Below are positions 19,301-28,429 of a DNA stretch of 51,796 bases, in pieces (within the stretch, counting starts at the first letter, position 1; the number at the start of each line of letters is the position of its first letter). Below the pieces are notes generated by a model. It was not told the DNA's origin and ran no database searches. It saw nothing but the letters and a program-made list of their open reading frames with translations. A program made the position numbers and the translations under genes. Origin of the DNA: Halobacteroidaceae bacterium (lineage in GTDB: Bacteria > Bacillota > Halanaerobiia > B1SED10-174); assembly GCA_003554145.1 (NCBI GenBank), contig PWFS01000062.1, positions 1 to 51,796 on the forward strand, given 5' to 3'.

Positions 19301-20548
19301 AGAGCCCAGGTGGAGCGCTTAATTCGAGGTTGTAGCGGGGTCAGGCGCACAACCGGGCAGCATCCCGGTGGCCTGATGGTCTTGCCCGGGGACAAAAATA
19401 TTCATGAATTTACCCCCATTCAATATCCTGCCAATGATAGTTCTGCCGGGGTGCAGACCACCCATTTTGATTATCGGTCCATCAGCAGCCGTTTATTAAA
19501 GCTGGATCTCCTGGGTCATGATGACCCTACCGCCTTAAAACAGCTGGAAGAACTAACCGGTGTAAATGTTAAGGAAATTCCCTTTAACGACCCCCGGACC
19601 CTGAGTATTTTTTCTGGAACTGAGGCCCTGGGTTTAGAATCCGAAGAGGTGGGCAACAGGGTGGGGTCACTTGGTGTTCCCGAGTTTGGAACTCCTTTTG
19701 TTCGGGGAATGCTGGAAGAAACCAGGCCGGAGACCATGAGTGAATTGATCAGGATCAGCGGACTGTCCCACGGGGAAAATATCTGGCGGAATAATGCCCA
19801 GGATTTACTGGCGGCTGAGGAGGCCTCCCTGAGCCAGGTCATTTCTACCCGGGATGATATTTTAAATGATCTCATCCGCTGGGGAGTTGAGCCAGAAAAG
19901 GCTTTTCCCATCATGGAAAAAGTACGTAAAGGGCGGGGAATGACTTCCGGTGAAGAAAAGCTCCTGAAAAGCAAAGGGGTCCCCGCCTGGTATATTAACT
20001 CCTGCAAAAAGATAAAATATATGTTTCCCAAGGCGCATGCTGCTGCCTATGTGTTAATGTCCTACCGCATTGCCTACTTTAAGGTGCATTATCCCTCGGC
20101 TTTTTATGCCACCTATCTTTCCACAAAAGGAGCGGAGTTCGAGATCAGTTTTGTCCAGGAGGGATTGGACTATATTGGCCGTTGCCAGGAAAGGATCAGG
20201 GAGCGAGGCCGGCAGGCCAGCCCTAAAGAAAAAGCCACTTTTACTCTCCTGGAGATCCTGCAGGAAGCCATGCTGCGGGGAGTTGAATTCCTAAATGTAG
20301 ATCTCTATCGCTCCCATCCCCACCGGTTTTTACTCCAGGAAGGCCGTATTTTACCCCCTCTTACTGCGGTTCCCCACCTGGGTCAGAACTGTGCCGAACG
20401 GATAGTTAAAGCTCGAAGCAGCAGGAAATTTACTTCGGTGGAGGATTTTATAGAAAAAACTCAGGCTAATAAAAATGTGATTGATGCTCTGCGGGAGACC
20501 GGTGTTTTCAGGGGATTGCCTGCAAAAAACCAGCTATCCCTTTTCTGA
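16364..20548 (+). CDS. polC: DNA polymerase III PolC-type alpha subunit
   Basis: PHP HLHTKMSDMD/TDH, embedded exonuclease DIETTG/HNAAFD/HHRALADA, Zn-finger CSEC..CPQC, catalytic PDIDLNF, KLDLLGH, clamp-binding NQLSLF. Confidence 0.98.
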   Translation: MGEHLERIAIRPRPGNQFIRLLSSHFGPGIKEKILINRVEIDSEKNCMISLAVAPEIGTVEMEQLQKMLRKSLPGLGRLRVKEIPWDNAVQEIMLEILEGVKESFPRFKSCLENMELIIEQDSVVFKLPSRTMIDFLREKKLDQQIARRFAQNGLPAEIQMVQIQGEKKASMRKKKPTAPDPEEKTVHRQIKGRFLPEAPESLDKVLEQEGVVVVEGEVFSVNSHRSSRGKTIQILNITDGKVALTVKIFNLKEELQPGKWYKFRGPVQYDDFSGEKVLFAGDILEVSPLKREDKSSDKRIEMHLHTKMSDMDGVIDIEELAQTLKRWGHRGAAVTDHGVVQAFPQAYAAFKKAGLQFIPGLEVSVIPDQEQIYSGSSRGSYNDFPLVFLDIETTGFSPWQHEIIELGAVRLDRGSTREFQSLIKPEKDPSSEILELTGIEKRELEKAPTLKEVWPEFMNFIAGSIVVAHNAAFDLNFLRFWGERVGHSPPLELGSIDTLSLSRALNKDLRSHSLGALTRKFNINLDNHHRALADARATYRLWEIFCSKLEALEIKKLEEIQKMAREIPWELRFSWHWTVWAWNKEGLFNLYRLVSTSHLEYFHRQPLIPQNWLQENRSGLFLGSGCLQGPLYQVLLAGGAREEMELLGTNFDYVEVLSPSYLLQNSPLEDLETAREVTRILVELAEKMQKPAIAISDGHYLEREDRVFRDVLLHQKGGRTTGGNSHLLTTEEMLGEFAFLGEEKARTLVLENPRALADKIETLNPVPEGLYPPRVSGAEERIKKHTREKATRLYGKKLPPLVKKRIDRELNSIVGQGFAPIYAISQTLVGKSLEMGYLVGSRGSVGSSLVAFLCDITEINPLPAHYRCSECNYSEFEPLQEVDCGLDLPDRVCPQCGSNLDRDGFDIPFEVFLGFRGEKVPDIDLNFAGEIQNKIHGHTEEIFGLKNVFRAGTISTIAAKTAYGMVKGYLEENNLDANRAQVERLIRGCSGVRRTTGQHPGGLMVLPGDKNIHEFTPIQYPANDSSAGVQTTHFDYRSISSRLLKLDLLGHDDPTALKQLEELTGVNVKEIPFNDPRTLSIFSGTEALGLESEEVGNRVGSLGVPEFGTPFVRGMLEETRPETMSELIRISGLSHGENIWRNNAQDLLAAEEASLSQVISTRDDILNDLIRWGVEPEKAFPIMEKVRKGRGMTSGEEKLLKSKGVPAWYINSCKKIKYMFPKAHAAAYVLMSYRIAYFKVHYPSAFYATYLSTKGAEFEISFVQEGLDYIGRCQERIRERGRQASPKEKATFTLLEILQEAMLRGVEFLNVDLYRSHPHRFLLQEGRILPPLTAVPHLGQNCAERIVKARSSRKFTSVEDFIEKTQANKNVIDALRETGVFRGLPAKNQLSLF

Positions 20549-20559
20549 GGGTGTCTGGC

Positions 20560-20588
20560 TTGCATTTACCGGGTCCCTATGGTATACT
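20560..20588 (+). promoter_or_regulatory. sigmaA promoter of the rimP-nusA-infB operon
   Basis: TTGCAT (20560-20565), 17 bp spacer, TATACT (20583-20588) with TG extension. Confidence 0.75.
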
Positions 20589-20619
20589 AACTTTAGCTAC
20601 GATCAGATAGTCGCGGTTT

Positions 20620-20646
20620 AAGAGTGGGTTCCCAGCCCACTCTTTA
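20620..20646 (+). promoter_or_regulatory. rimP leader hairpin (attenuator-like)
   Basis: AAGAGTGGG-ttcccag-CCCACTCTT followed by only a short T run, between the promoter and rimP. Confidence 0.65.
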
Positions 20647-20681
20647 GCTTATATTCATCAAAAATGCAGGAGGAAATTATT

Positions 20682-21140
20682 GTGAGCCAGAAAGATACTC
20701 TTTTTAGCCTGATAGAGCCGGTCATCCAGGAAGAAGGACTGGAACTGGTAGACCTGGAATACCAAAAAGAAGGGAAAAGGTGGATGCTGCGGGTTTTTAT
20801 AGACGGTCCGCAGGGAATTTCCCACAATGAATGTGTGCGCGCTACTCGGGCCCTGGAACCGGTCCTGGAGGAGGAAGATCCTATTCCCCATGGATTTGTC
20901 CTGGAGGTTTCCTCTCCGGGTCTGGATCGACCTTTAAAGAAGGATCGTGATTTTGAGAGGGTTGTAGGGAAAAAAGTAGAGATAAAAACATTTATTCCCC
21001 TGGTGAAAAACGAAAAAACCCTGCGGGGGACTTTGCTGGGCCTGGCCCAGGATAGTTTGCGTCTGGAACTGGAAGATGGGTCCACAATCAACATTCCCCG
21101 GGAAAAAATTGCCCGGGCCCGGCTGCATTTTGAACTTTAA
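20682..21140 (+). CDS. rimP: Ribosome maturation factor RimP
   Basis: LEVSSPGLDRPL, LRVFIDG; GTG 20682 follows SD AGGAGG. Confidence 0.96.
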   Translation: MSQKDTLFSLIEPVIQEEGLELVDLEYQKEGKRWMLRVFIDGPQGISHNECVRATRALEPVLEEEDPIPHGFVLEVSSPGLDRPLKKDRDFERVVGKKVEIKTFIPLVKNEKTLRGTLLGLAQDSLRLELEDGSTINIPREKIARARLHFEL

Positions 21141-21155
21141 GGGAGGAGCAGGTAA

Positions 21156-22268
21156 ATGAACTTTGAATTTCTTCAGGCTTTATCTGAGATTGAAAGAGAA
21201 AAAAATATCCCCAAGGAGCAGTTGCTGGAGGCAGCTGAAGCTGCCCTTATTTCCGCTTATAAAAGGAATTTTGGGTCCGCCCAGAATGTTACCGCCAGTA
21301 TTGACCGCAATACCGGAAAAGTTGAAGTGATTGCTCGCAAAGAAGTGGTGGAAGAGGTTGAGGATAAATCCCTGGAAATCCCCCTGGAAGAAGCCCGAAA
21401 AATTGATCCCAATTTCGACATTGGTGATATTGTGGAATTTGAGGTAACCCCGGCTAATTTTGGCCGCATAGCTGCTCAAACTGCCAAGCAGGTTGTTGTT
21501 CAGCGCATCCGCGAGGCCGAACGGGGGATTATTTTTGATGAATTCAGCAATAGAGAAGGAGATATTATTACCGGGGTGGTTCAAAGGTACAGTAATAGAA
21601 ACATTATGATTGACCTGGGCAAGACCGAAGCCATTCTGGTTCAACCGGAACAGATGCCCACAGATAATTATAAACCGGGTGACAGGATTAAGCTTTTCAT
21701 AGTTGAGGTTAAACAAACCACTAAAGGACCCCGGATTCTGGTTTCTCGGACCCATCCCGGGCTGCTAAAAAGATTATTTGAATTGGAAGTCCCCGAAATC
21801 CAGGAAGGGATTGTAGAAATAAAGGCGGTAACCCGGGAGGCTGGCTATCGCTCAAAAATATCTGTTTATTCAGCAGATGAAAATGTTGACCCGGTTGGAG
21901 CCTGTGTGGGGCAGAAAGGGATGCGGGTCCAGGCCATTGTGGATGAAATTGGGGGAGAAAAAATTGACATCGTGGAATGGAGTCCTGATCCCACTGTTTA
22001 TGTGGCCAACGCTTTAAGTCCTGCCCGGGCGGTTTCCGTAGAGATTGAACAAGATGAGAAGGTAGCCAAGGTGGTTGTTCCTGATTATCAGTTATCCCTG
22101 GCTATAGGCAAGGAAGGGCAAAATGCACGCCTGGCAGCTAAATTAACCGGCTGGCGCATTGATATAAAAAGTGAAAGTCAGTCAGATGAAGAAGCCAGAT
22201 TAATTGAACCCACTACAGAAGGGGAGGTAATGCGAGATGAAGAGGAAGAAGAAAATACCTCTTCGTAA
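21156..22268 (+). CDS. nusA: Transcription factor NusA
   Basis: FGRIAAQTAKQV, S1 and KH domains, SLAIGKEGQNARLAAKLTGWRIDI. Confidence 0.98.
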   Translation: MNFEFLQALSEIEREKNIPKEQLLEAAEAALISAYKRNFGSAQNVTASIDRNTGKVEVIARKEVVEEVEDKSLEIPLEEARKIDPNFDIGDIVEFEVTPANFGRIAAQTAKQVVVQRIREAERGIIFDEFSNREGDIITGVVQRYSNRNIMIDLGKTEAILVQPEQMPTDNYKPGDRIKLFIVEVKQTTKGPRILVSRTHPGLLKRLFELEVPEIQEGIVEIKAVTREAGYRSKISVYSADENVDPVGACVGQKGMRVQAIVDEIGGEKIDIVEWSPDPTVYVANALSPARAVSVEIEQDEKVAKVVVPDYQLSLAIGKEGQNARLAAKLTGWRIDIKSESQSDEEARLIEPTTEGEVMRDEEEEENTSS

Positions 22269-22509
22269 ATGTGTGGGTTGTGATCAGCGCAAAGAAAAAA
22301 AGGAACTGATTCGAGTAGTCAGGTCCCCGGAGGGGGATGTGGATCTGGATACAACTGGCAAAAAGTCGGGTAGAGGTGCATATATCTGTCCCCATAGAGA
22401 TTGCCTGGAAAAAGCCTTTAAAAATCGTCGAATTGAGAAAAACCTGGAGATCAAGTTGCCGGATACGATAAAAATTAACCTAGAGGAAAAAATCGATGGA
22501 GAAGGATAG
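22237..22509 (+). CDS. ylxR: YlxR/RnpM family RNA-binding protein
   Basis: PLRKCVGC, KKELIRVV, GRGAYIC; follows nusA. Confidence 0.93.
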   Translation: MKRKKKIPLRKCVGCDQRKEKKELIRVVRSPEGDVDLDTTGKKSGRGAYICPHRDCLEKAFKNRRIEKNLEIKLPDTIKINLEEKIDGEG

Positions 22510-22810
22510 GGGCCTTCGGATTTTGGGCCTGGGTTACCGGGCCCGCGGGGTTAAAACAGGTTCGGTAAGTATTGAACAAAAAATAAAAAAGAGGCAGGGG
22601 TTTTTGCTCCTGCTGGCAGCGGATTGCGGTGATTCCACAAAAAGAAAATTAACTGAGCTCTGCGCGAAAAACAATATTCCCTGGAAAAAATGGGGCACCC
22701 GAGAGGAGTTTAGCCAGATTTTTCCCCGGGAAACGGTTGCTGTTCTGATTCTGGATGCCAATATTGCTAAACCTTTCTTGAACGGGAAAGGGAGGGTCCA
22801 TAATGATTAA
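22496..22810 (+). CDS. ylxQ: L7Ae family protein YlxQ
   Basis: LGLGYRARGVKTG, LLLLAAD, position between ylxR and infB; divergent sequence. Confidence 0.8.
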   Translation: MEKDRGLRILGLGYRARGVKTGSVSIEQKIKKRQGFLLLLAADCGDSTKRKLTELCAKNNIPWKKWGTREEFSQIFPRETVAVLILDANIAKPFLNGKGRVHND

Positions 22811-22827
22811 TTGATGGGGGTGTTAAA

Positions 22828-24795
22828 ATGGGAAAAATTAGGATATATCAACTGGCCAGGGAGCTGGATATCAAGTCCACAGAACTGGTGGATATGCTCA
22901 AGGAGCTGGGAGTTGAAGCTAAATCACACATGAGTACCCTGGAGGATGAAACAGCCGACCTGGTCAAAGAAATGCTTGCTGGTGATAGGGCAAGGGGCCC
23001 GGCCGAGGAACAGGAAAGCTCGGAGGCTGCAACCCCAATAAAAATCGGGGTCCCGGTTAATGTTAAAAAAATTGGGGAAGCCCTGCAAATTAATCCCAAT
23101 AAAATAATCAAGCAGCTAATTGAAGAAGGGATTATGGTCAATCTTACCCAGAACCTGACCGGGGAAGCTTTAGAACAGGTGGAACAGGTCCTGGATATTA
23201 AAGTTCAGGTGGAAGAAGAAGAAAAAACACCTGGAACTCAAAAGGAAAAAGCTGCCCGGAAAAAAAAGAAACAAAATCTGGTTCATCGACCTCCGGTAGT
23301 TACTATAATGGGGCATGTTGATCATGGAAAAACCCAGCTTCTGGACGTTATCCGGGAAGCCAATGTGGTGGCTTCTGAGGCAGGGGGTATTACCCAGCAT
23401 ATTGGAGCCTATCAGGTGGAAGTGAATGGTCGAAAAATTTCCTTCCTGGATACTCCAGGCCACGAGGCTTTTACCGCCATGCGAGCCCGGGGAGCCCAGG
23501 TAACTGATATTGCCATCCTGGTAATTGCGGCAGATGATGGGATTATGCCCCAGACTGTGGAGGCCATCAATCATGCCCAGGATGCAAAAATTCCAATTAT
23601 AGTTGCCCTGAATAAAATTGATAAAGAGAATGCCAACCCGGAACGAGTTAAGCAACAGTTAACTGAATATCACCTTGTTCCCGAAGAATGGGGAGGGGAA
23701 ACTGTAGTGGTAGAAATATCTGCGCTGGAGAGGATCAATATTGAGGAATTACTGGAAATGATCCTCCTGGTGGCGGATGTCGAAGATATTAAAGCAGATC
23801 CCGAGGAAAAAGCTGAAGGAGTAATTGTTGAGGCTGAACTGGATAAAGGTCGGGGTCCGGTAGCTACTGTTTTAATTAAAGAGGGGACCCTGCGAGTGGG
23901 AGAAGCCATTATTGCGGGAGTTGCTTACGGCCGGGTTCGAGCAATGATTAATGATAAAGGCGAACGGGTGAAAAAAGCAGGCCCATCTACCCCGGTGGAA
24001 GTTCTGGGGCTTTCTGATGTTCCTGTTGCCGGGGATTTAATGGAAACTGTGTCCAGTGAAAAAGAAGCCAAAAAGATTGCCGGGGGCAGACGGGAAAAAC
24101 AGCGGGAAAAGGAAATAAGCAGCGATCGCCCGGCCAATCTGGAACAGTTTTTTGCTCGAATGCAGGATGAAGAAGTAAAGGAATTGAAAATAATTATTAA
24201 AGGTGATGTTCAGGGATCAGTTGAGGCCCTTAAGGATTCTCTGAATCAGATAAAAAGTGAAGATGTTAATTTGAATATTATCCATAGTGGCGTGGGCGCT
24301 ATTTCCGAAAACGATGTTATCCTGGCTTCAGCTTCGCGGGCAATAATAATTGGGTTCAATGTTCGCCCCGATTCCAGGGCCCGCAGGATTGCTGAACAGG
24401 AAGGGGTAGATATTCGCACCTACCGGATAATCTATCAGGTCATAGATGATGTTAAAAAAGCCCTGGAGGGACTGTTAGATCCCGAGATCAGGGAAAAGGT
24501 CCTGGGCAGGGCTGAAGTCCGGGAGACTTTCCGGGTTCCCAAAGCGGGAACCGTGGCAGGCCTGTACGTTACCGATGGAAAAATAACCCGCAATTCAAAA
24601 GTCAGAGTTTTACGGGATGGGGTGGTCATTCATGAAGGTAGTATTGGTTCGCTAAAGCGTTTTCAGGATGATGTACGAGAAGTTGAAGCCAACTATGAGT
24701 GCGGCCTGAATGTGGAAGGATTTCAGGATGTAAAGGTTGGTGATGTTATTGAAGCATTTGTCTTTGAAGAAATTAAAAGAAAACTGACCGAGTGA
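22828..24795 (+). CDS. infB: Translation initiation factor IF-2
   Basis: [38 protein letters not shown]. Confidence 0.99.
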   Translation: MGKIRIYQLARELDIKSTELVDMLKELGVEAKSHMSTLEDETADLVKEMLAGDRARGPAEEQESSEAATPIKIGVPVNVKKIGEALQINPNKIIKQLIEEGIMVNLTQNLTGEALEQVEQVLDIKVQVEEEEKTPGTQKEKAARKKKKQNLVHRPPVVTIMGHVDHGKTQLLDVIREANVVASEAGGITQHIGAYQVEVNGRKISFLDTPGHEAFTAMRARGAQVTDIAILVIAADDGIMPQTVEAINHAQDAKIPIIVALNKIDKENANPERVKQQLTEYHLVPEEWGGETVVVEISALERINIEELLEMILLVADVEDIKADPEEKAEGVIVEAELDKGRGPVATVLIKEGTLRVGEAIIAGVAYGRVRAMINDKGERVKKAGPSTPVEVLGLSDVPVAGDLMETVSSEKEAKKIAGGRREKQREKEISSDRPANLEQFFARMQDEEVKELKIIIKGDVQGSVEALKDSLNQIKSEDVNLNIIHSGVGAISENDVILASASRAIIIGFNVRPDSRARRIAEQEGVDIRTYRIIYQVIDDVKKALEGLLDPEIREKVLGRAEVRETFRVPKAGTVAGLYVTDGKITRNSKVRVLRDGVVIHEGSIGSLKRFQDDVREVEANYECGLNVEGFQDVKVGDVIEAFVFEEIKRKLTE

Positions 24796-24847
24796 TTGAG
24801 ATCACTGCCGGCAGATTCCTGAATTATTAGCCGAGGAGTGTTGCAAG

Positions 24848-25198
24848 ATGAATTACCGAGCGAACCGTCTGGCTGAGGTTCTAAAAAAAGAACTCAGTGA
24901 TCTGTTCCAGAAAGAGGTAAAGGACCCCCGTTTAAATTTTTTGACCATTACCGCGGTGGAAGTAAGTGGAGATCTCAGTGTAGCCAAGGTGTATGTCAGC
25001 ACCCTCCAGGAAAAAAATGATCCAGCCCTGATGATGGAAGGCCTGGAAAAAGCTGTTGGTTATCTGCGTAAGGAGCTGGGCCAACGGATAGAGATCCGCC
25101 ACATTCCTGAGCTGAGGTTTATTTATGATCAGTCTATAGAGCGGGGACAGAGGATTCACAATTTATTAAATGAGATAAAAGGAGAAGAGAATGACTGA
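24848..25198 (+). CDS. rbfA: Ribosome-binding factor A
   Basis: VKDPRL, DLSVAKVYVS, RHIPELRF..D.S. Confidence 0.96.
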   Translation: MNYRANRLAEVLKKELSDLFQKEVKDPRLNFLTITAVEVSGDLSVAKVYVSTLQEKNDPALMMEGLEKAVGYLRKELGQRIEIRHIPELRFIYDQSIERGQRIHNLLNEIKGEEND

Positions 25199-26159
25199 TT
25201 GGGGCACTCTGCTTGCAGCTTTTCAATCCCAGAAAAATATTCTGCTTACCGGCCATTCGGATCCTGATGGTGATTGCCTGGGGGCTATTGCCGGGCTTTA
25301 TTATCTGGGAAAAAGTAAGAACAGCCGGTTAAAGTGTATAGTAGAAGGGCCGGTTCCCGACCGGCTCTCTTTTCTGTTACCTCCGGATATTATAATTATT
25401 GGGGATGATACAAAAGAACCGATCTCGAATGATTTTGACCTGGCGGTGGTGGTTGACAGCAGCGATTTAAAGCGGTTGGGTCGGGTTCAAAAAATTGTAG
25501 AGGGTCGGTCGGTAATAAATATTGATCATCACCCTGATAATGAATTTTTTGGTGATATTAATCTGGTGGAGGTTGCTGCTTCATCTGCCTGTGAAATTCT
25601 GGGTCTGGGGCTGCAGGATAGGGTTTTTTTGCCCCGCCCGGCAATTGAGGCCTGGGCAGCTGGAATTCTATATGACACCGGGGGGTTAAAGCATCCCAAT
25701 ACCCGGGCCCAGACCCTGCAACTATTAAGCTCCTGGATGGTCAGAGGTCTTGAATTGGCCCCTCTCCAGGAAAAATTGTTTGCCCGTCAGACCCCTGAAA
25801 CCCTGGCTCTTTATCAAAAAGCCCTGGAAAGATTAAAAATAGGAGCCCGGGGTCTTATGGCCTGGACTGTTGTTGAAGAAGGTCCTGATCTGGGTTCTGC
25901 CCGGGAAATTTCCCAGAAGGTTATTGATGAAATTCGGGGGATCAGAGGAGTTGAAGTGGCTGTCCTTTTTGTTGATCAGGGAAATGAAACCAGGGTTAGC
26001 TTGAGGAGCAAAAATTTCCCGGTCAATAAAATTGCAGCCCTCTGGGGGGGAGGAGGTCATACCCGGGCCGCCGGAATGAACCTTCAGAAACCCTTGATTA
26101 GTATCTATTCCGAAGTCTTAAATGCAGTGGAGGACAGGCTCCATGAATGGAATAATTAA
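25191..26159 (+). CDS. nrnA: DHH/DHHA1 phosphoesterase (NrnA-like oligoribonuclease / pAp phosphatase)
   Basis: GHSDPDGD, IDHH, YDTGG, SLRS, GGGH..AAG; usual position between rbfA and truB in clostridia-like genomes. Confidence 0.88.
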   Translation: MTDWGTLLAAFQSQKNILLTGHSDPDGDCLGAIAGLYYLGKSKNSRLKCIVEGPVPDRLSFLLPPDIIIIGDDTKEPISNDFDLAVVVDSSDLKRLGRVQKIVEGRSVINIDHHPDNEFFGDINLVEVAASSACEILGLGLQDRVFLPRPAIEAWAAGILYDTGGLKHPNTRAQTLQLLSSWMVRGLELAPLQEKLFARQTPETLALYQKALERLKIGARGLMAWTVVEEGPDLGSAREISQKVIDEIRGIRGVEVAVLFVDQGNETRVSLRSKNFPVNKIAALWGGGGHTRAAGMNLQKPLISIYSEVLNAVEDRLHEWNN

Positions 26160-27015
26160 TTTTTTAAAACCGCCAGGGATCAGTTCGGCCCGAGCCATTA
26201 ACCGAATAAAAAAGAGGTGGAATTGGAAAAAAGTTGGCCATGTGGGAACCCTTGATCCCATGGCGGCTGGTGTATTACCGCTTTGCGTTGGCAAAGCTAC
26301 CAAGGTTGCCAGTTTTTTACTCCTGGAGGATAAAACTTACTGGGGAGAAATATTTCTGGGACAGGAGCGGGATACCGATGATGCTTATGGGCAGGTCTTA
26401 ACTGAGTTTCCAGTGGATTGTTCTTCCCTTGAAGTCGAGGAGGAATTAAAAAGGTTTCGGGGGCTGATAACCCAGATTCCCCCCCGGGTTTCAGCGATTA
26501 AAGTCAGGGGAGAAAGAGCCTATCGACGAACTCGCAGGGGAGAAGATTTTGAAATTCCATCCCGCCAGGTCCAGGTGTTTGCTCTGCATCCCCTGGAGAT
26601 CAATCCGCCCCGGGTGCGGTTCTGGATTCATTGTTCTCGGGGAACTTATATCAGGTCCATTGCCCGGGATCTCGGTCAGGCCCTGGGAACAGGCGGGTAC
26701 TTAAATTTCCTTATTCGGACCAGCACTGGCCCCTTTGGCCTGAAAGATAGTATCAGCTGGGAGGAAATGGAAACAAAAAAACTGGAGGAGTTTTTGCAGT
26801 CTCCGGATCTGGCTTTAAAGCACATCCCTTTCCTGATTATTGATGAAGGGGGCCGCGAAAAAGTGCAATTTGGTCAGACCCTCAATCCTGAAGATTTCCT
26901 GAACCCTCCTGGGGAAAAGGCGGATTACTTCCGTCTTTATGATCGGGACCAGAATTTTCTGGCTTTATGCCGCCCCGAGGAAGACGGTTATCATCCCTTT
27001 AAAGTTTTTATATGA
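26143..27015 (+). CDS. truB: tRNA pseudouridine-55 synthase
   Basis: KVGHVGTLDPMAAGVLP, CSRGTYIRS; start ATG 26143 after GGAGG. Confidence 0.96.
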   Translation: MNGIINFLKPPGISSARAINRIKKRWNWKKVGHVGTLDPMAAGVLPLCVGKATKVASFLLLEDKTYWGEIFLGQERDTDDAYGQVLTEFPVDCSSLEVEEELKRFRGLITQIPPRVSAIKVRGERAYRRTRRGEDFEIPSRQVQVFALHPLEINPPRVRFWIHCSRGTYIRSIARDLGQALGTGGYLNFLIRTSTGPFGLKDSISWEEMETKKLEEFLQSPDLALKHIPFLIIDEGGREKVQFGQTLNPEDFLNPPGEKADYFRLYDRDQNFLALCRPEEDGYHPFKVFI

Positions 27016-27029
27016 GGTGAAGCGAGCTC

Positions 27030-27959
27030 ATGGAGGTATATCAAATATCATCCCAGGAAGAAATAAATGTTCGAGGGCTTTTTCTGGCCCTGGGAACCTT
27101 TGATGGTGTGCATATCGGCCATCAGAAGGTTATTGAAACAACCATACAAAGAGCAAGAGTTGAAGGTGTTCCTGCCGGTGTCTTTACTTTCTGGCCCCAC
27201 CCCCTTTCGGTAATAAATCCCCCAGGGGCTCCTACTCTCCTTACTTCCCTGGAGGATAAGCTGTTTCATATGGGTGCCCTGGGGGCTGATATTTGCCTGG
27301 TCCAGCAGTTCACTCCTGAATTTGCCCATATGCATTATCAGGATTTCCTGACAGAATACCTGGTTGAAAAGCTGGATGTGCGGGGAATTGTGGTGGGGAA
27401 AAAGTTTCGCTTTGGTGATCGGGGGCAGGGGGATACAGGAAAAATTAAGGAAGCCGGGACTACCTTTGGTTTTGAAACCCGTATTCTGGATCCAGTTACT
27501 ATTGATGGCTTTAATGTCAGCAGTACCCTTATTCGACGCCTCATAAAAGCAGGTAGGGTGGCAGAAGTTCACCGCTTCTTGGGTCGTGATTATAGTATCA
27601 AAGGGAGGGTGGAAAAGGGAGAGGGCCGGGGCAGTTCTCTGGGCTTTCCCACCGCCAATCTGGATTTTCCCTCGGGTTTAACGGTACCCCTGCAGGGAGT
27701 TTATGTTGTTCAGGCCCGGGTAAAAAATAAGGTTTTTCCTGGTGTTTTAAACCTTGGTTCCTGCCCTACCTTTGGTAAAGAACGGGAGGGAGTTGAGGTT
27801 CACCTGCTGGGACTGGAAGAGGAAATTTATGGGGAAGAAATTGCCGTATGGTTCAAAAATTATCTGCGACCGGTAAAACTTTTTGGGGATATTCAGGAGC
27901 TACAGGGACAGATAGAAAGGGATATTGAAACTGCCCGGGAAATCCTTAAAAGAGCTTAA
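27030..27959 (+). CDS. ribF: Bifunctional riboflavin kinase / FAD synthetase
   Basis: LGTFDGVHIGH, VSSTLIR, GFPTANL, EVHLL. Confidence 0.96.
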   Translation: MEVYQISSQEEINVRGLFLALGTFDGVHIGHQKVIETTIQRARVEGVPAGVFTFWPHPLSVINPPGAPTLLTSLEDKLFHMGALGADICLVQQFTPEFAHMHYQDFLTEYLVEKLDVRGIVVGKKFRFGDRGQGDTGKIKEAGTTFGFETRILDPVTIDGFNVSSTLIRRLIKAGRVAEVHRFLGRDYSIKGRVEKGEGRGSSLGFPTANLDFPSGLTVPLQGVYVVQARVKNKVFPGVLNLGSCPTFGKEREGVEVHLLGLEEEIYGEEIAVWFKNYLRPVKLFGDIQELQGQIERDIETAREILKRA

Positions 27960-27969
27960 ACCCCTATTC

Positions 27970-27998
27970 TTTACAGGGAGCGGGGTTTATGATAAAAT
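27970..27998 (+). promoter_or_regulatory. sigmaA promoter of rpsO-pnp
   Basis: TTTACA (27970-27975), 17 bp spacer, TAAAAT (27993-27998) with TG extension. Confidence 0.7.
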
Positions 27999-28004
27999 TG
28001 AGAT

Positions 28005-28091
28005 TGTCAAAATCGTATTCCCTTTTCTAGGATTGGAGATGCTCCGACTCCTCTCTTGGATTGGGGTTTAACCTAAAGAAGGAGGTCAAAC
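28005..28091 (+). promoter_or_regulatory. Probable rpsO (S15) autoregulatory leader
   Basis: ~85 nt leader with a TTGGAG-atg-CTCCGA hairpin between promoter and SD; S15 leaders are known at this position but I did not verify the fold. Confidence 0.45.
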
Positions 28092-28355
28092 ATGGATAAC
28101 GAAAGAAAGCAGGAAATTATTGCCCAGTACCAGACCAGGGAAAGTGATACTGGATCGCCAGAAGTACAGATTGCAATTCTCACTCACCGGATCTTTGAAT
28201 TAACTGATCATCTGAAGAATCATCCCAAAGATCATCATTCCCGCAGAGGATTGTTAAAGCTGGTTGGGAAAAGAAGAAAGCTTCTGCGATATCTCAGGAA
28301 TAAAGACCTGGATCGCTATCGGGACCTAATTACAGAACTTGGTATTAGGGGATAA
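28092..28355 (+). CDS. rpsO: 30S ribosomal protein S15
   Basis: [32 protein letters not shown]. Confidence 0.99.
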   Translation: MDNERKQEIIAQYQTRESDTGSPEVQIAILTHRIFELTDHLKNHPKDHHSRRGLLKLVGKRRKLLRYLRNKDLDRYRDLITELGIRG

Positions 28356-28368
28356 TAATAATTCTTAT

Positions 28369-28393
28369 TAGGAGCGGGTTGTCCCCGCTCTTA
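28369..28393 (+). other. Hairpin between rpsO and pnp (terminator or processing stem)
   Basis: GAGCGGG-ttgtc-CCCGCTC inverted repeat with no long T-tract. Confidence 0.5.
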
Positions 28394-28429
28394 ATTGTAC
28401 CTGGAGAAGATGTGAGGAGGAGAAAAATT

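Noticed and set aside
16364-20548. Intein or insertion in polC
   Set aside because: Length and domain order fit an ordinary PolC; no intein splice motifs or homing endonuclease seen
24795-24848. ylxP absent between infB and rbfA
   Set aside because: Common in non-Bacillus Firmicutes and uninformative
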